Source: a virus
Taxonomy: Duplodnaviria; Heunggongvirae; Uroviricota; Caudoviricetes
IMG/VR virus record: IMGVR_UViG_2778261579_000010
Span: 1-41,079 of that record
Length of the DNA stretch: 41,079 nucleotides
Direction: 5' to 3' (one strand)
This document shows positions 10,016 to 22,956 of this stretch, in pieces. The notes under the pieces were generated by a model. That model had not been told where the DNA came from and did no database searches. It was given only the letters and a program-made list of their open reading frames with translations. The position numbers and the translations under genes are program-made. Position 1 is the stretch's first letter. Every line of letters starts with the position of its first letter.

Positions 10016-10708
10016 TTAAAACAACGAACCAAGCAATCCGATACCAGCACCAATGCCAGCGCCCCAAGGTGTTGATGTCCCCAAAAGGCTGGCAAGACCT
10101 GCACCGGCAATCGCACCAGACGTTCCGCCACTAATTGCTGTCTGAAGACTTGATGGTTTGTTGGCATTAGCAGCGGCAAGAGCTGCGCTTTGCTGTGCAA
10201 TGCTGCTCATGTTGTTGGCGTACGTCTGCCCGGCGTTTGCCTGACCTTGCAGAGCACCAAGCCCAACGTTTGCCAGATTGTTGTAATTGCTCATCTGGTT
10301 TGATAACCAAGACTGACCGAGAGTCGGCGCGATCGTAGCCAGTTGATTGCTTGTGGCTGTCGAACCAAGTCCTCCCGTAGCCTCCGCAGCAGCAAGACTC
10401 TGGTAACGCGCCTGACCTGCAAGGTCTTTATACTGCTGAGAATCGTAATACTGATTAAGTGCCTGCCCCTGACCTTCTAAACTGGAAAGATTCTGAAGCT
10501 GGTTAACATACTGCTCCGCAAGAGGCGTGAACGGAGCAAGGTTTTTCATGATCGTCTGCCACTGCTGATTTTGCAGGTCTGCGGCATACTTCTGAGCTTC
10601 TGCTGCATACTTTGCGCTTTTATCAGAGCTACCACCTTTCCCGCCTTTTTCATGGCAATAAGGTTCCTCGCCGCGCAGTTTTCTGCCCAGCTTAAATGCA
10701 TATAACAT
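10016..10708 (-). CDS. Ejection protein, P22 gp7-like
   Basis: 230 aa; N-terminus MLYAFKLGRKLRGEEP and Gly/Ala-rich C-terminus as in P22 gp7. Confidence 0.75.
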   Translation of the reverse strand: MLYAFKLGRKLRGEEPYCHEKGGKGGSSDKSAKYAAEAQKYAADLQNQQWQTIMKNLAPFTPLAEQYVNQLQNLSSLEGQGQALNQYYDSQQYKDLAGQARYQSLAAAEATGGLGSTATSNQLATIAPTLGQSWLSNQMSNYNNLANVGLGALQGQANAGQTYANNMSSIAQQSAALAAANANKPSSLQTAISGGTSGAIAGAGLASLLGTSTPWGAGIGAGIGLLGSLF

Positions 10709-10710
10709 GG

Positions 10711-11166
10711 CTATCTCCCGTGATTCAGGAAGTCGATTAGTTCTTCGCGTGTGGCGCTGTAAAAAGTCACGTCATCCACGCCTTTGAAGTATTTCTTGAT
10801 GGTTCCTACACGCTTAAGGCCAATCATTGCGCAGTAAATCTGCCCGTGGCGGAATTTGCGTGCGGCGAACGATGTGACGCACTGAACGGTGGTGTTAGTC
10901 AGAATGTATCGCCAGAACGCCAGCCCGATTTCCTTGCTGAAGCCGCGAATCTCTGGCAGGTACATGGCGTGGCAATCGAATGTCAGCGGCTGAATCTCCT
11001 GATAGTAAACAATGCCGCCGAACTGCCCGTGCACGTTCACCTCAAAGTAACGGCAATCAGGTTTGTAGTCGTATCCATCACCGTTGTTGCTCCCGGCGAT
11101 AATGTCAGGGTGATTTCCTACTGCTTCTATCAGGTCGATGTTTCGCGTTGGTTTGAATGTAATCAT
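10711..11166 (-). CDS. P22 gp14-like virion protein
   Basis: 151 aa; located between tail needle and ejection proteins as gene 14 is in P22; identity inferred mainly from synteny and size. Confidence 0.55.
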   Translation of the reverse strand: MITFKPTRNIDLIEAVGNHPDIIAGSNNGDGYDYKPDCRYFEVNVHGQFGGIVYYQEIQPLTFDCHAMYLPEIRGFSKEIGLAFWRYILTNTTVQCVTSFAARKFRHGQIYCAMIGLKRVGTIKKYFKGVDDVTFYSATREELIDFLNHGR

Positions 11167-11867
11167 CAGTCAATCAACCCATGAGTCCGTAATGCATCTT
11201 CCAGAGCTTTGATACGCTGCCGCGCCTGCTGCAATCCTGTAGCCATAGCCGACACCTCAGACCGTGTGTATGTGGCACTTACCATGTATGTCTGGTTAGC
11301 GTTGAATGAGCCGCGAAGATCCGTACCTGTAGCCGCTGTCCACCCTGTCTGACGAGCACCAATAACCTTGGTGCCGCCGACCGAATAGGATGTTGTTACA
11401 TTGAGGGGAGATGCCAGCGATTGTATTGCAGTGGCTGTTTTCGATACATAGTCGTCCTGTAATGCAGAAATGTTGCTCTCAGCAGTCGTAACCCGGCCAT
11501 CAAGAGCGCTGACGTCAGCCTGTAAGGTGACTATTTCTCCTTCAGCCGTGGTTAGTCTGACATCCAGCGCTGCAATTGCCGCAGTATTCGCAGCAATACG
11601 GATTTCATGGTCATCTACTTCAATGCGGAGCTGACGAATTCTTTCTTCGTGATCGACCAGAATCACATCCTGCTCATCGTTCCTGACTTGTGCGTCATAA
11701 GCGCCCTGTCCGGCCTCGTTGGCCTTGTTAGCCACGTTACCAACATCAGTGCCCTGTGCGATAACGTAAAGCAGATACGACTGCGAGAAGATATTGCGTG
11801 GAAGGACTGATGTGTCGAGCCGTGTAGCCTGAATGATTACCGGCACATTGAGATTCGAATCAGCCAT
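11166..11867 (-). CDS. Tail needle protein (P22 gp26-like trimeric coiled coil)
   Basis: 233 aa; [43 protein letters not shown] and heptad-rich core match P22 gp26 as recalled. Confidence 0.9.
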   Translation of the reverse strand: MADSNLNVPVIIQATRLDTSVLPRNIFSQSYLLYVIAQGTDVGNVANKANEAGQGAYDAQVRNDEQDVILVDHEERIRQLRIEVDDHEIRIAANTAAIAALDVRLTTAEGEIVTLQADVSALDGRVTTAESNISALQDDYVSKTATAIQSLASPLNVTTSYSVGGTKVIGARQTGWTAATGTDLRGSFNANQTYMVSATYTRSEVSAMATGLQQARQRIKALEDALRTHGLID

Positions 11868-13285
11868 TACTCAATCCTTATCTGGCAGCCTGACAGAGTG
11901 ACAGGTGACTTCGTGATAACGCGCAATTTGAAGCCGACATTTTTCCTGATGCGCCCTACTCGCTTCCACAAAACGCGTTTGTCGTAAACGAACGGTTCAT
12001 TCTGTTCAATCATCTGCTCACGTCCGTAATTTATGCCGTCAGTGGTTGCAGAGAGGAACAGGCGGTCAGCATACTGCGCAACACCAGTCGATGATTCCAC
12101 CTCCAGATCAAAGCATCTGGCGTTATCCGCTTTGAACAACGGAGTAAACAGCAGGTGTTCCTGTTGCTTGTCGTACTGGCTGCTGATATCGAACTGCAAT
12201 TTCCCGATCACCGATTCCAGCTTATCGCCGCACGTTATCTGATTGCCTTCGTAAATGAAGTCGATAGCGCGGTACACATCGTCATACAGGCCTGTTTTCA
12301 ATACACACCATTGCGGACCATTGGCGCTTGAAGATGCGTCGTATACGAGAACATGGCGCGGAAGATGGATAATCAGCAACTCATGCGCATCAAACCGCAG
12401 CGATTCCATCACGCCTTCAGCCAGTTCATCAGCAGTGTAGGAGCGTAGTATTTTCTCAATGCTCGCGCTGGCGATTGGTGATACCTGACCGGAGCCGATG
12501 ATGTATACAGACGGCGCACCTGTTGCCGGATTGCTGATGAACGCATACGAGTCAGCAAACGGCGTTTTGCAGTAAGTCCCGGCAATGCCTTTCTGCACCA
12601 TCAGTGATGGCTGTGCGACATACAAAGCAGCACCAACGGTGGTTGCACCAGTCAGGGAGAAATATTCAATCGTCGATGAACCAAAGCAGACGATGAAGTC
12701 TCTCCATGTGCCGATGCCGATGATGCCGTCCGGCTGAGACTCGGCACGATATTGTGCGCTGTAGCGGTCAGGATGCGATTCGTCTTCAAGATCAGTGATA
12801 AACCATGAATCAGTGCCGTCTTTTGACCACGCATAACGCCCACGTAAGCGCGTAATGTCACGAACCGAACCTAGCTCATACTGAGTGAATCCACTATCTG
12901 TAGGCCAGTTTGAGACGGTTTTAATCGTGCCATCATAGCGATACTCGACCAGTTGACCATTAACACCTATCGCCTGAGATGTACGACCATGCGCCATTGA
13001 TACGCGACCACTTCCGGCGACGTCACCGACTTCACTTTCTCCTTTGTACAGCTTGCCACCACACACACGATAAACAGCATTCTGCGCCATGTTGTACTCG
13101 ACGCCGCGAGATACACCGTTCACATCAGAGCGTTTGGCAATGCCAGGGAATGAGCGAAGATATCCGCTGCTGTTCAGGATTTCTTTGGGTGTAGCCAGCA
13201 TATTCACTGGCAGATAGTCGATATAGTCGGCGTTTCGAAAGTCTTTGCCGACACCTTTCATAAGCGGAAGTTGCTGAATCGGCAT
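11867..13285 (-). CDS. Tail accessory factor / tail hub protein (P22 gp10-like)
   Basis: 472 aa, same size and position as P22 gp10. Confidence 0.85.
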   Translation of the reverse strand: MPIQQLPLMKGVGKDFRNADYIDYLPVNMLATPKEILNSSGYLRSFPGIAKRSDVNGVSRGVEYNMAQNAVYRVCGGKLYKGESEVGDVAGSGRVSMAHGRTSQAIGVNGQLVEYRYDGTIKTVSNWPTDSGFTQYELGSVRDITRLRGRYAWSKDGTDSWFITDLEDESHPDRYSAQYRAESQPDGIIGIGTWRDFIVCFGSSTIEYFSLTGATTVGAALYVAQPSLMVQKGIAGTYCKTPFADSYAFISNPATGAPSVYIIGSGQVSPIASASIEKILRSYTADELAEGVMESLRFDAHELLIIHLPRHVLVYDASSSANGPQWCVLKTGLYDDVYRAIDFIYEGNQITCGDKLESVIGKLQFDISSQYDKQQEHLLFTPLFKADNARCFDLEVESSTGVAQYADRLFLSATTDGINYGREQMIEQNEPFVYDKRVLWKRVGRIRKNVGFKLRVITKSPVTLSGCQIRIE

Positions 13286-13786
13286 TTATTCGCTCCCGTT
13301 ATCGCAAGGTTCCTTTCGGTGGAAGTAATTCCAACCATTCCACTTCGCCAACTGGTTACCGCTACCAACAGGCATACGGTTTGGATAACCGGACTTACAT
13401 TTAGCGGCTTTTGCTCTGTCCATTGCAGACAGTTTGACGAGTCGCTCTTTCCCGTATCTGGCAGTGGTTATAAGTTTTGCAGACGCTTCCAACGCATAAT
13501 CTGGAGCAATGCGGCAGGCAAGGTTGAAAATGACGGCATTGATAGCGTTATTTGATAAACCGTGTTCATCGCCAGGATCTGGAGCGACATCTGCATCAGC
13601 GAAAATGTAGCCAACGTTGATACCTGGTGACGCATCACCGCCAAGCCATTCAGCCATCATCATTTCAAGGTCGTTGACGCCATCTTCCATAGACTGCGGT
13701 TCGACATCGGTTAACGTGGCATTTGATGCCACACCGAGCTTACGTAATGCCGCAAGAACTAAATCACCCTTCGTTGTCAGGTTCAT
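13286..13786 (-). CDS. Tail accessory factor (P22 gp4-like)
   Basis: 166 aa from [33 protein letters not shown], matching P22 gp4 as recalled; the ORF extends upstream in frame to 13849. Confidence 0.85.
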   Translation of the reverse strand: MNLTTKGDLVLAALRKLGVASNATLTDVEPQSMEDGVNDLEMMMAEWLGGDASPGINVGYIFADADVAPDPGDEHGLSNNAINAVIFNLACRIAPDYALEASAKLITTARYGKERLVKLSAMDRAKAAKCKSGYPNRMPVGSGNQLAKWNGWNYFHRKEPCDNGSE

Positions 13787-13988
13787 CTGCTGCCGCCTTA
13801 GGTTTTCGACCGGGCTTTTTACGCTGTTTTTCTTCTGGCTCTGCAACATCCTTCAAAAGGTCATCAGGATGTGAAAACCAGCCAGCATCCAGATATTCCT
13901 GAAGCTCTTCGGCTTTCACGATTTCAAAGTCGTAGCCAACGCCTTTCCACTTCTTCATGTCGCCATGACGAAAGATCATGTGTGTCAT
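13764..13988 (-). CDS. Small hypothetical phage protein between coat and gp4
   Basis: 74 aa from [16 protein letters not shown] with GGAGACAAG RBS; Lys/Pro/Glu-rich C-terminus. Confidence 0.5.
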   Translation of the reverse strand: MTHMIFRHGDMKKWKGVGYDFEIVKAEELQEYLDAGWFSHPDDLLKDVAEPEEKQRKKPGRKPKAAADEPDNEG

Positions 13989-14032
13989 GCTTGTCTCCAG
14001 ATAAAAAAGGGAGCCGAAGCTCCCTCTGGTTA

Positions 14033-15328
14033 TCACGCAGTCTGGTTAGGCAGACCAACACCAATTGCCTCTGGTCGTACAGCACATGCTGAATACCACA
14101 CAGCAATACGGCACTTACCAGACAGAGTGTTGATATCACCCTGCGTTGCGAAGATGCCGTTAACACCAATACCAGGAATGCTGAAGGAAGAAGTTTTCAT
14201 GCCAGCAAACAGTTCATGAGTTACCGGGATCGGCTGAGACAGCAGACGGATTGAGTCATCAGCCCAGAACACGTTAGCGGTGGTTGTTGCCACGTTCAGA
14301 ACGTTTACCGGAGTGGTATCAGCAAGAGAGGTGTTTACGTTAGCGTAAGCCTTCTCTTCTTTTGTCAGTGACGCGTCATCCAGTGCAATCGGCTTCGGCG
14401 TGATTTCGATGTGAGTACCATCGATCACACGGGTGATTGAGAAAGTAGCATCATCAGTCAGCACGTTCTTCGCCATCTGAGACAGGAATTTCACACCAGT
14501 GAAGCTGATTTTGTCGCCGCGCTTAAACCCGGTGGTGGAGGATACGGTCACCGTTGCAACACGGTTGTCGACGTTCTCTTTGTTACCATCGGTATCAAGG
14601 GTGTATGCCTGCGGCTTAAACTTCTGCGCACCAGAAACAGTTACACCAGTAGCGGTTGACTTGGTAACTGCGGGAAGTTTCGGTGAGCGAAGAATTTCAT
14701 CAAAGCCAGCAATCTGACGCTGAATAGTACCGTTGTGATACGCGTCTTCAGTAACGCGCCCGAAGATGTCACCATCTACCAGGTTGCGGCCTGCTTTGCG
14801 GTAATCGTCAGGGTTCAGGAAGTAACTGATGCCCATATCGCGGTTTAGCTCACGGGAGAACATCAGGCGCTCTGCATCAGACACAAAATCCCAGCCAGAA
14901 AGGCCAGTAGATGGACCAATTGCGCGGGTATCGTGAACAACAAGCGAGCCCATTTCAGTTGCCTGTTTGGCAATCGCTGACTCAATGTTATTCGCCAGTT
15001 TTTTGGCGGATGCCTGGATGCGGCGACGGTAAGAACGCTCATCACGCAGGTCATCTGCACGAAGCTCGAAGAAATCGTTATCCGGATCGCCCATGTTGCA
15101 TTTCACGGAGAGTTCCAGAATCCCGGTTGCGTTGCCAGTTAAATCCCAGCCAGTCTGGGTTGGCGCTTCCTGCTCAACAGGCATCCACACGGTGTTGCTT
15201 GAACGCTGCATGGATTCTGCCGGAGGGGTGTATTTTGTCACTTTGGACGCCATTGGCGTCAGGTTCTGGACGGTTTCGATGATTTCATCCAGAGCATACG
15301 TGACCAGTTGACCTTCATTTAATGCCAT
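14033..15328 (-). CDS. Major capsid (coat) protein, P22 gp5-like
   Basis: 431 aa; [27 protein letters not shown]...[11 protein letters not shown] aligns over the whole length to P22 coat as recalled. Confidence 0.95.
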   Translation of the reverse strand: MALNEGQLVTYALDEIIETVQNLTPMASKVTKYTPPAESMQRSSNTVWMPVEQEAPTQTGWDLTGNATGILELSVKCNMGDPDNDFFELRADDLRDERSYRRRIQASAKKLANNIESAIAKQATEMGSLVVHDTRAIGPSTGLSGWDFVSDAERLMFSRELNRDMGISYFLNPDDYRKAGRNLVDGDIFGRVTEDAYHNGTIQRQIAGFDEILRSPKLPAVTKSTATGVTVSGAQKFKPQAYTLDTDGNKENVDNRVATVTVSSTTGFKRGDKISFTGVKFLSQMAKNVLTDDATFSITRVIDGTHIEITPKPIALDDASLTKEEKAYANVNTSLADTTPVNVLNVATTTANVFWADDSIRLLSQPIPVTHELFAGMKTSSFSIPGIGVNGIFATQGDINTLSGKCRIAVWYSACAVRPEAIGVGLPNQTA

Positions 15329-16239
15329 TATCGAATTCCTTTATTCAGTTGCGCCTTGAGCTTGCGGTACGTCTCTACATCCCCTTTGTTTGCTGCCGCT
15401 TCCATCTGCTTTTCAATCGCAGAGATATTTGCAGCAACAGCGTGTCCCTGAATGGGTTCATCAGGTAACGGGGCTTCTGAAACAGGCTTTGCTCGAGGCT
15501 TGAGAGTTAAACGTTCTGACAGTCGAGTGAGTTCAATCAGCGCGGATTGCCCGTCCATCGCCAGCAACTGGCGTGTTTTCTCAGGATTAGCACCAAGGTG
15601 ATACATGAGAGCGGCGGATTTCTCCGGGAAGAGGCGCATGATGTCGGCACCGACTGCTGGCGGCACCAGTTGCATGAATGCATCCTCTTTCTCCTGATAG
15701 TCAGGGATATTAAGCTTTTCCGCTGCATCGTAGTGCTTACGGGCGGCCTCGACGTATTGCGCTGATTGCTGGGTGAACTCCTGAGTTTTGCGGCCCTGCT
15801 CGGCGACAGCCTGGCTTCGTGCGTCCATAGCCTTGATCTGCCATTCACTGTTTGCCTGCTGGAAGGCAGCCAGTGCGCGGCTCTGGTCATAGTCGTACTT
15901 AGCCAGTGCATCTTCGGAAAGATAATCGTTAGGGTCTGGTTGTTTTGGTAACTCAGGGTTCACCCGCAGGTGCTCCGGCAACTCTCCACGCTTAACCGCT
16001 TCCATCTGCTGCTCAAGCTCACGCTGGCGTTTGCGTTCGATGCGGCGACGGGCAAATTCAGCATTAGTTGCCGGGTCTTGTTTTGGTTTCTCATCGTCTT
16101 TCAGGACAATCTCAAAGCCTTCTTCCTGACCTGCGTTGTCGTTGGCATTATCGACAACTAAGCCATCAGCAGATGCCGCTGCATGATTGCCGGGCAGGGT
16201 TAATTCTTCAGAAGCCTGAATGTCGGTGGTTTGGTCCAT
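15328..16239 (-). CDS. Scaffolding protein, P22 gp8-like
   Basis: 303 aa; strong match to P22 gp8 including the C-terminal coat-binding helix-turn-helix ([10 protein letters not shown]). Confidence 0.95.
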   Translation of the reverse strand: MDQTTDIQASEELTLPGNHAAASADGLVVDNANDNAGQEEGFEIVLKDDEKPKQDPATNAEFARRRIERKRQRELEQQMEAVKRGELPEHLRVNPELPKQPDPNDYLSEDALAKYDYDQSRALAAFQQANSEWQIKAMDARSQAVAEQGRKTQEFTQQSAQYVEAARKHYDAAEKLNIPDYQEKEDAFMQLVPPAVGADIMRLFPEKSAALMYHLGANPEKTRQLLAMDGQSALIELTRLSERLTLKPRAKPVSEAPLPDEPIQGHAVAANISAIEKQMEAAANKGDVETYRKLKAQLNKGIR

Positions 16240-16252
16240 GATTAACTCTCTC

Positions 16253-18418
16253 TTATTGAGGTGTCTCGGCTACTCCGCCGGAGGGGATTTGAACTTGACG
16301 CATAAGATTCGCGAAATCCATGCGTTGTGAATGATTCTGGTCTGCATCTTTAAGAAGCAGCTCAGCGTTAGCACGAGCATCTTTGCTGCGCTGTTGCTGG
16401 AATTGACCTACTAGCTTGAGGTACTCACGCAGTTCTGCCTGCTTGTCGAGGTCCATATTGTTGAAGATTTCTGCAATCTTCGCGGCGTTGAGTTGGTTTT
16501 GGGCTTCAACCTTGGCGGCTTCAACATGAATCTGTGCCTGTTGGTTCTCTGCCTTGAGCAATTCAGCCTGACCTTGCAGAAGGATACCCTGCGCCTGAAT
16601 TTGCTCTGCTGATGGCTGCTGCGGCTGTTGTTGTGCCTGTTGTACCATCTCCATCTCTTCAGGTGTTTCTGGTTTCTTCAGCCCCATCATCACCAGTTGC
16701 TTGTTCGCGTACTCTCGCATCATCTCGACGCCTTTACCGTCAAGGAGCGTGAAGTATTGCAGCATCAGCATCTGGAACTCTGGAGTACCTTGCGGAACCT
16801 TGGTGAGTAACTCCTGAATCTCTGCGCGGTTCTGTTCCTTCATACTCTGGAAGGATGGTCCAACGTCTGTATAGCACTCATAGCGACCACGAATGTCGTT
16901 GAGTGTGACCACATTGCCGGACTGGTAATCGACAACTTGCGCATAGAGTTGAACGTCTTTCTCGCTTCCATCTTCAAGTGTCAGCGTTACATGACGAGGA
17001 ACGTCATAAATATCGTTGACCATTGAGGCATAAATCTCGCCATCACGTCGCATTGCGGTAGCCAGGTTATCCTGAAACACGTATGTCTCAAGGTCTGCCC
17101 GCATGTTCAGTTGATTGACGGTATCGAAAGCGACCTGAGAGTTTGCTGCCTGCGCATCCACACCAAGACTAGCCACCTCTTTCACTGCGTTGGTGGCAGC
17201 CTCAAGCATATAAGCGTTGGCTTGCGGCACTTCAGGGTTTTCCATGTAGGAGATTGGACCAATCGGCAGGTCGTTACCGTTTTCATCGGTCCTGTTCTGC
17301 AGATAGTACGGATAGTCATCATTTCCACCGTACATGTATTCGTAGCCTTCGATTTGCTCAGGGAAGAAGGTCGGTTTCTTCTTCGGTGAACGAGCAACAA
17401 TATCGGCGTTGAATGACATGATCATGTTACGAAGGCGTTGACCGTCTTTCGTCAGCCTTACCACTCCTTCGTAGCACTCCTTGTCACCAGCGAATGACCA
17501 TTCTCCATACACTGGAACGATTGGGATATGCTCTCCGGCTATCTTTTCTCGGTCTTTCAGTATCTGCGTGCAGGTGATGATCGACTTATACACACGCCGA
17601 CGCTTCACCTTGCGCTCTGCTACCTTAATGAATCCACGATTAGCCAGGTCGTCGATGACGTCTTTGATATCCTGCTGGTAATAGCTGACCGGCTCACCTG
17701 TCAGCGGGTCGCGGTAGATGAAGACCTTCTCCTTCTTCTCTTCGACCTCGTAATACTCAGCGACGTAGACGACATCATTCGATACCCACGGAAACAGCCA
17801 TGTATCGTTCGGATTCTGGAAAGATGGCAAGGTGTCAGGATCAATACCGTAATCCTCTGCGAACTCTTTCCAGCCATTGCGTGACAAGGCGTTAATCACC
17901 GTGCAGTGCTTAGCGTCGCTCTTATCCATCTGCTTGCTGTTGGCGTCCCATATGACGTGTGAGCAGGCTTCATGGATTGGCAGGCGTCGGATTACCTGAT
18001 TGTTGCTTGTTGGGTCGTTGTCTTCGTACTGCGTGACCAGACGCCATGCACCAACGCCTGACTCTATCTGCTCACGAACGCCAACATTAACGGCAATTTT
18101 TGCCGTGTTATGGCGCATATCAGTACGATACATCCCCATCAGCACATCGGCAGCATCAGGATTAGCACCGTCTTTTGGTCGGAAGAGAACGTCGATAGGG
18201 TTCCGGCGCATCTCTGCGACCAACTTCCTGACAACCGGGCGGACAACATCGAATTGTCCGCGATATTGCAGGGTGGTGTAGTTTGATAGCCAGTCATCCC
18301 ATTGCGACACTCGGCTAAAATACAGGTCATTTGTCGCCTCGGTTCTGGCTTCATCGCTCGCCATCCAGTCTGCGTCAAACTTACACAGAATGGAATTGAG
18401 TCTGTTTTCGTCGGCCAT
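16253..18418 (-). CDS. Portal protein, P22 gp1-like
   Basis: 721 aa; conserved portal core and long C-terminal barrel helix as in P22 portal. Confidence 0.95.
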   Translation of the reverse strand: MADENRLNSILCKFDADWMASDEARTEATNDLYFSRVSQWDDWLSNYTTLQYRGQFDVVRPVVRKLVAEMRRNPIDVLFRPKDGANPDAADVLMGMYRTDMRHNTAKIAVNVGVREQIESGVGAWRLVTQYEDNDPTSNNQVIRRLPIHEACSHVIWDANSKQMDKSDAKHCTVINALSRNGWKEFAEDYGIDPDTLPSFQNPNDTWLFPWVSNDVVYVAEYYEVEEKKEKVFIYRDPLTGEPVSYYQQDIKDVIDDLANRGFIKVAERKVKRRRVYKSIITCTQILKDREKIAGEHIPIVPVYGEWSFAGDKECYEGVVRLTKDGQRLRNMIMSFNADIVARSPKKKPTFFPEQIEGYEYMYGGNDDYPYYLQNRTDENGNDLPIGPISYMENPEVPQANAYMLEAATNAVKEVASLGVDAQAANSQVAFDTVNQLNMRADLETYVFQDNLATAMRRDGEIYASMVNDIYDVPRHVTLTLEDGSEKDVQLYAQVVDYQSGNVVTLNDIRGRYECYTDVGPSFQSMKEQNRAEIQELLTKVPQGTPEFQMLMLQYFTLLDGKGVEMMREYANKQLVMMGLKKPETPEEMEMVQQAQQQPQQPSAEQIQAQGILLQGQAELLKAENQQAQIHVEAAKVEAQNQLNAAKIAEIFNNMDLDKQAELREYLKLVGQFQQQRSKDARANAELLLKDADQNHSQRMDFANLMRQVQIPSGGVAETPQ

Positions 18419-19918
18419 TTAAGTTCTCCGTGCGATGGGCCTGATTGGGGCTGGTATCTTTTTCTCTTTTGGTTTTTTGATGTCGCGCATCATTTTTGCG
18501 AAGCGGCGCATCATGTATGCATAGCGAACGGCGGATAGCACGTCGTCGTTAAGCTTGACGATCTTCCCGTTTTCATCACGGTGATAGAGGCGGAACTCCT
18601 CAAAGAATGGCTCACAGGTGTTGAATACTTTGAAGCGACCATCAAGCATCATGTCGCGCAATTCAGTGATTCCAGGCTCCACAGCGTTACCGCCATCAGG
18701 CCATGTCGCATGCTCCTGCAACATCATAAAACCAGCGTCCGCGTACTGCCCTTTAAGCTGCTCACCGCCGCCCTTCTCGTGCTGGTTTCCGTCATGGGGC
18801 CATGCGGTTGGCACTTTATGCGCCCATGGTTTAACGGCTCCCCACGCCTGAACAGCTGTCTTTTCTTTCGCCTTCCACACGCGCGAAACGTAGATTGTGT
18901 CTGCGTCCTTATCCCACCAAAGCTGAACCTGCGCCTGAGGGTGATCCCATCCGAAATCCATCCCGCCAATTACGTAGAAGTGATCAGGACACTCGAACGG
19001 CTGACACTTAATCGTCTCTTCCGGTATCTGGAAGATTCGACCACTACCCATCGTAGGAATACCGCGAGCTCGAGCCTCTCTCTCATGCTCTGGATAGGAT
19101 GCGATGATTTGCTCTTTCTGCTCGTCGGTATAGTGCTCAGCGTCATAGATGGTCATGTTGACCACTTTCTGCGACTTGCTGGGATTCTTCAGGAACTTGG
19201 TAACAACGTCAGACATCCCCATCAGCGGGGTAAACGTCAGAATTGAGAATTGACCGTATTTGTTGGTACGGGTAAGACCTTCGCCATAAATGCTGTATGG
19301 TGGCTCTTCGTCAAACCACACGCCGTGGATTGTGTCACCCTGCCAGCGAGCACGGCCTTGCGAGTATGGTTTGAAGTAGCAGATTGAAATGCCATCTTCA
19401 ACGCCATCAGCCGTGTGATGCTTAACCAGAAGATGATCAACAAGGTTCGGAAAGAAAGGAGACTTCTTCCAGCTAATGATGTCCTCTTTCGGTATTGAAC
19501 CGTATCCCGGCTCATCATTCTCTTCAATACGACCGCACAGGATGCGTTGAGTCGTTTTGGTTACCGTCTCGTTTGTCTCTCCACCAATCCAGAAGACAAC
19601 AGGCTCATAGAAACGCTTACCTTTCCACTCCCCACCATATTTACCATCAGCCGGATATCCTTTTGTTCCCGGATAACGTCCGGTAAGGTGAAACGCGACT
19701 TCAGCAGCACCAGTAAATGACTTACCAAGCTGGTTACCAGCCATAAAACAGCGCTCTGGATAGTCATGCCCGGCGTCGATGAACTCACGCTGTTTGCTGT
19801 ATGGCGTAAATTCATATAGCAGGTGTGTGTTCCGGTAGTTCTCTTCTTCTTCGAGTAGCTCGAGCAATTCTATTTGCTCTTCGTCGCTCAAGTTATCAAG
19901 AATCGCGTCCAGTTCCAC
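18419..19918 (-). CDS. Terminase large subunit, P22 gp2-like
   Basis: 499 aa; [38 protein letters not shown]-terminus and ATPase/nuclease core match P22 gp2 as recalled. Confidence 0.95.
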   Translation of the reverse strand: MELDAILDNLSDEEQIELLELLEEEENYRNTHLLYEFTPYSKQREFIDAGHDYPERCFMAGNQLGKSFTGAAEVAFHLTGRYPGTKGYPADGKYGGEWKGKRFYEPVVFWIGGETNETVTKTTQRILCGRIEENDEPGYGSIPKEDIISWKKSPFFPNLVDHLLVKHHTADGVEDGISICYFKPYSQGRARWQGDTIHGVWFDEEPPYSIYGEGLTRTNKYGQFSILTFTPLMGMSDVVTKFLKNPSKSQKVVNMTIYDAEHYTDEQKEQIIASYPEHEREARARGIPTMGSGRIFQIPEETIKCQPFECPDHFYVIGGMDFGWDHPQAQVQLWWDKDADTIYVSRVWKAKEKTAVQAWGAVKPWAHKVPTAWPHDGNQHEKGGGEQLKGQYADAGFMMLQEHATWPDGGNAVEPGITELRDMMLDGRFKVFNTCEPFFEEFRLYHRDENGKIVKLNDDVLSAVRYAYMMRRFAKMMRDIKKPKEKKIPAPIRPIARRT

Positions 19919-20384
19919 GGTTGAATAGCTCCTTGATACGAGAGCGCCGCTTATCGCGATCTCCCTTATCAGGTGTCACGTCTTCAACTTGCGACTGCTC
20001 TTTGAGGCCCAAATCACGGGCGATGATGTTAGCGTTGAGAAGGTCAGCGGCTGCGCCAGAGAATTTCTGGTCGTAGATGACCTGCTCTGCTCGCGTAACG
20101 ACTTCAGATAAATCTTCTCGCAGGCGATATGTGCGCCATGTTTCAAGCGTCACATCAATGAACAGAGTGAGTCCGGTAATGGTCATCGCTCGCATCTTGG
20201 CGATAGGCTCTTGTATCACTTCACCCTGATACGAGAACGCCTTCATCTCCCATAGCGGGTTAGCTTCCACCCACTCGAAGTATTCACAACAAGCAGCCCA
20301 CAGCGCCTCAGGCGATTCGAATTTAGGATTTCGCCCATGACTACTGCGGGCCTCCCAAAATCGGTTGCCCTTTGGTGCTGCCAT
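19896..20384 (-). CDS. Terminase small subunit, P22 gp3-like
   Basis: 162 aa from [27 protein letters not shown]; overlaps the start of the large subunit by 23 nt as in P22. Confidence 0.9.
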   Translation of the reverse strand: MAAPKGNRFWEARSSHGRNPKFESPEALWAACCEYFEWVEANPLWEMKAFSYQGEVIQEPIAKMRAMTITGLTLFIDVTLETWRTYRLREDLSEVVTRAEQVIYDQKFSGAAADLLNANIIARDLGLKEQSQVEDVTPDKGDRDKRRSRIKELFNRGTGRDS

Positions 20385-20419
20385 ATTCATCTCACTTAGT
20401 TGTTATTTCAGGTTGAGCA

Positions 20420-20674
20420 TCATGCTCCGGTGGTGAACAGGTCTAACGCTTCCTTCGATTTACGTACCGCTTCGATAGTGCGGGTCGTGATATCTGAATT
20501 AGCGCCGCCTGACTGGAAGTGAATTTTGAATAGCTCAAGCTTCAGCTCGTCAGTGCCGATGAACTGAAATGCTTCCTCTGCGGCTGCGTTCTGGTTCATT
20601 ACCAGTTTGTAAATCTCTAACTGGAATTTCTGTTCTTCAGTCATGGGAATAATCTCTGCCATTATTGGCTCCAT
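20420..20674 (-). CDS. Hypothetical phage protein upstream of the terminase genes
   Basis: 84-aa ORF with a start context; no recognised domain. Confidence 0.5.
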   Translation of the reverse strand: MEPIMAEIIPMTEEQKFQLEIYKLVMNQNAAAEEAFQFIGTDELKLELFKIHFQSGGANSDITTRTIEAVRKSKEALDLFTTGA

Positions 20675-21014
20675 TTATCCGTTAAAAGGGATATCAGTTA
20701 AGTTATCCCGTGTAGGGTATAAGCCATTGTCGAGACCACTCATTGAATGGCCTCTGCAATAACCGATGTCTTTCCATCAGTCCGCCACCACAAAGAATCT
20801 TTTTTGCCATAAGGCAGGAGGTTCATCTTTCAGTGGCTGCCAGTGTTATTTCCCCACTTTCTGGCTTGGGTTGTTTCGCTGTACTGCCGCAACTGGTGGT
20901 GCACAGATTTAGTTAAATCTGTTCTCGCCTGAACTATCTTTTACATACCCGGATTGTGGGGATGTAAATCACGGTTTCATTATCAAGCCCACCCGTAGAT
21001 GGGCTTTGGAATGG

Positions 21015-21533
21015 TCACTTTGGCAGTCCTGGGATCGATATTTGCGCCTGCTGCTCAAGCCTTTCGATTCTTGCTATGAGTTGCGGTTTTTTGATCCTGC
21101 CCCAGCGGTTCAGCAAGCGTCCTGACATACTGGCAACATCCTTTTCCTTCATGAACTCCAGCATTAACTCGTTGTGCTCTCTTTGGTATGAGTGAGCCAT
21201 CTCCATCAGCCTGTCACGCATCCAATTAAATGCTTTGATAAACGCCTCTTTGATGGCGGCAGCTTTTTTGCCGGTAAACGACATGATGATGTACATCGCG
21301 CCGTCTTTGGAAATTTCATATTCAACATACTGATTACCCTTGTGTTCATAGGTAACCCGCGAAAAGTTGCTGGTTAGAAATTCATCCGAACAGTCTAGCT
21401 TTTCGATTTTCTGAATGATGTGGTGATGCTGCTTGTCGAAGTAAGCTGCTACCTTGCGGGAGGTTGTGATCACGCGATCACCAGAAACAACCACCATGTC
21501 CCGGAAATCGAGATTAGCCAATTGATGATTCAT
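21015..21533 (-). CDS. rha: Rha-family phage regulatory protein
   Basis: Motif VVSGDRVITTSRKVAAYFDKQHHHIIQKIEKL typical of the Rha domain; start taken at the ATG (MNHQLANLDF) with an upstream AAAGG (an in-frame GTG lies at 21569). Confidence 0.75.
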   Translation of the reverse strand: MNHQLANLDFRDMVVVSGDRVITTSRKVAAYFDKQHHHIIQKIEKLDCSDEFLTSNFSRVTYEHKGNQYVEYEISKDGAMYIIMSFTGKKAAAIKEAFIKAFNWMRDRLMEMAHSYQREHNELMLEFMKEKDVASMSGRLLNRWGRIKKPQLIARIERLEQQAQISIPGLPK

Positions 21534-21738
21534 AGCGTCTTTACCTTTTAGAAAGTGAGCCTGTCTCACAGAAAAGCCGCCCCGAGATGGTCGCCACCAT
21601 ATACGGCAGTTCTCAGGCTCAACTTTCTGAAAGGCTCGGGTGATGTAATATGCGCGTGAGATGCGCTGTGAAATTCAGATGTAAAAAAAGCCCCGCATCG
21701 CGAGGCTCATTAAATGGACTTTGTGATTTGCAAAAAAA

Positions 21739-22176
21739 TTATTTCAGGCATTGCGTCCTGATGTATTCCTGCAGGTAGTTAACCTGCGCGGTTATCCTGT
21801 CGATTCCACTTCGGAGACGGTAATAATTGAGTTCAGCATCTGCTGTAAGTCTTGGGCTTTCTCCATCGCCCATGCTGCTGGCTCCGGTCGTTGACTTTGC
21901 ACAGGTGGCGGCGACTTGCAGGCGCTTACGCCCAGCAGAAACATCAGCACGGAGACTTTCGATAGTCGCGTTAGCATCAGCAAGTTCCTTTGTATATCTT
22001 GCGTCGAGTTCTGCTACATCACGTTGACGCTTCTGCATATCAGCGATGATGGATGTGGCTTTATCGCGCTGTTCTTTGTAGGTCATGGCATTATCACGGT
22101 AATGATTAACAGCCCATGACAGACAGACGATGATGCAGATAACCAGAGCGGAGATAATCGCGGTTACTCTGCTCAT
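21739..22176 (-). CDS. Rz: i-spanin Rz
   Basis: 145 aa; N-terminal TM helix and coiled coil; N-terminal half matches lambda Rz as recalled. Confidence 0.85.
   Translation of the reverse strand: MSRVTAIISALVICIIVCLSWAVNHYRDNAMTYKEQRDKATSIIADMQKRQRDVAELDARYTKELADANATIESLRADVSAGRKRLQVAATCAKSTTGASSMGDGESPRLTADAELNYYRLRSGIDRITAQVNYLQEYIRTQCLK
21792..21983 (-). CDS. Rz1: o-spanin Rz1 (lipoprotein embedded in the +1 frame of Rz)
   Basis: 63 aa; lipobox LLGVSAC followed by a Pro-rich segment ([16 protein letters not shown]); entirely inside Rz. Confidence 0.8.
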   Translation of the reverse strand: MLMLTRLSKVSVLMFLLGVSACKSPPPVQSQRPEPAAWAMEKAQDLQQMLNSIITVSEVESTG

Positions 22177-22649
22177 ACCTCAATCTCTCTGACCGTTCCG
22201 CCTGCTTCTTTGAATTTTGCAATCAGACTGTCAGCCTTATGCTCGAACTGACCATAGCCAGCCCCGGGCAGTGAAGCCCAGATATTGCTGCAACGGTCGA
22301 TTGCCTGACGGATATCACCGCGATCAATCATGGGTAAAGCACCACGTTCTTTAATCTGCTGCAATGCCACAGCATCCTGGCTTTTGGGAGAGAAGTCTTT
22401 CAGGCCAAGCTGCTTGCGGTAGGCATCCCACCAACGGGAAAGAAGCTGGTAACGTCCTGCGGCTGTTGATTTGAGTTTGGGGTTTAGCGTGACAAGTTTG
22501 CGAGGGTGATCGGAGTAATCAGTGAATAGCTCTCCGCCAACAATGACGTCATAACCATGATTTCTGGTTTTCTGCCGTCCGTTATCAGTTCCCTCTGACC
22601 ACGCCAGCATATCGAGGAACGCCTTACGTTGATTATTGATTTCCACCAT
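22173..22649 (-). CDS. R: Endolysin, lambda R-type lytic transglycosylase
   Basis: 158 aa; essentially identical to lambda R as recalled ([35 protein letters not shown]...). Confidence 0.95.
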   Translation of the reverse strand: MVEINNQRKAFLDMLAWSEGTDNGRQKTRNHGYDVIVGGELFTDYSDHPRKLVTLNPKLKSTAAGRYQLLSRWWDAYRKQLGLKDFSPKSQDAVALQQIKERGALPMIDRGDIRQAIDRCSNIWASLPGAGYGQFEHKADSLIAKFKEAGGTVREIEV

Positions 22650-22956
22650 CTTCTACTCCGGCTTTTTTAGCAGCGAAGCGTTTGATAAGCGAACCAATCG
22701 AGTCAGTACCGATGTAGCCGATGAACACGCTCGTTATATAAGCGAGATTGCTACTTAGTCCGGCGAAGTCGAGAAGGTCACGAATGAACCAGGCGATAAT
22801 GGCGCACATCGTTGCGTCGATTACTGTTTTTGTAAACGCACCGCCATTATATCTGCCGCGAAGGTACGCCATTGCAAACGCAAGGATTGCCCCGATGCCT
22901 TGTTCCTTTGCCGCGAGAATGGCGGCTAACAGGTCATGTTTTTCTGTCATCTTCAT
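22633..22956 (-). CDS. S: Holin, lambda S-type (dual start S107/S105)
   Basis: 107 aa; [39 protein letters not shown] matches lambda S; upstream CCCCAATAAGGGG hairpin as in lambda. Confidence 0.95.
   Translation of the reverse strand: MKMTEKHDLLAAILAAKEQGIGAILAFAMAYLRGRYNGGAFTKTVIDATMCAIIAWFIRDLLDFAGLSSNLAYITSVFIGYIGTDSIGSLIKRFAAKKAGVEDGGNQ

Noticed and set aside
20675-21014. 340-bp gap with a hairpin (AAGCCCACCCGTAGATGGGCTT, 20986..21007) downstream of rha
   Set aside because: The hairpin lacks a following U-tract on either strand, so I did not call it a terminator; no coding or RNA-gene signal was evident.
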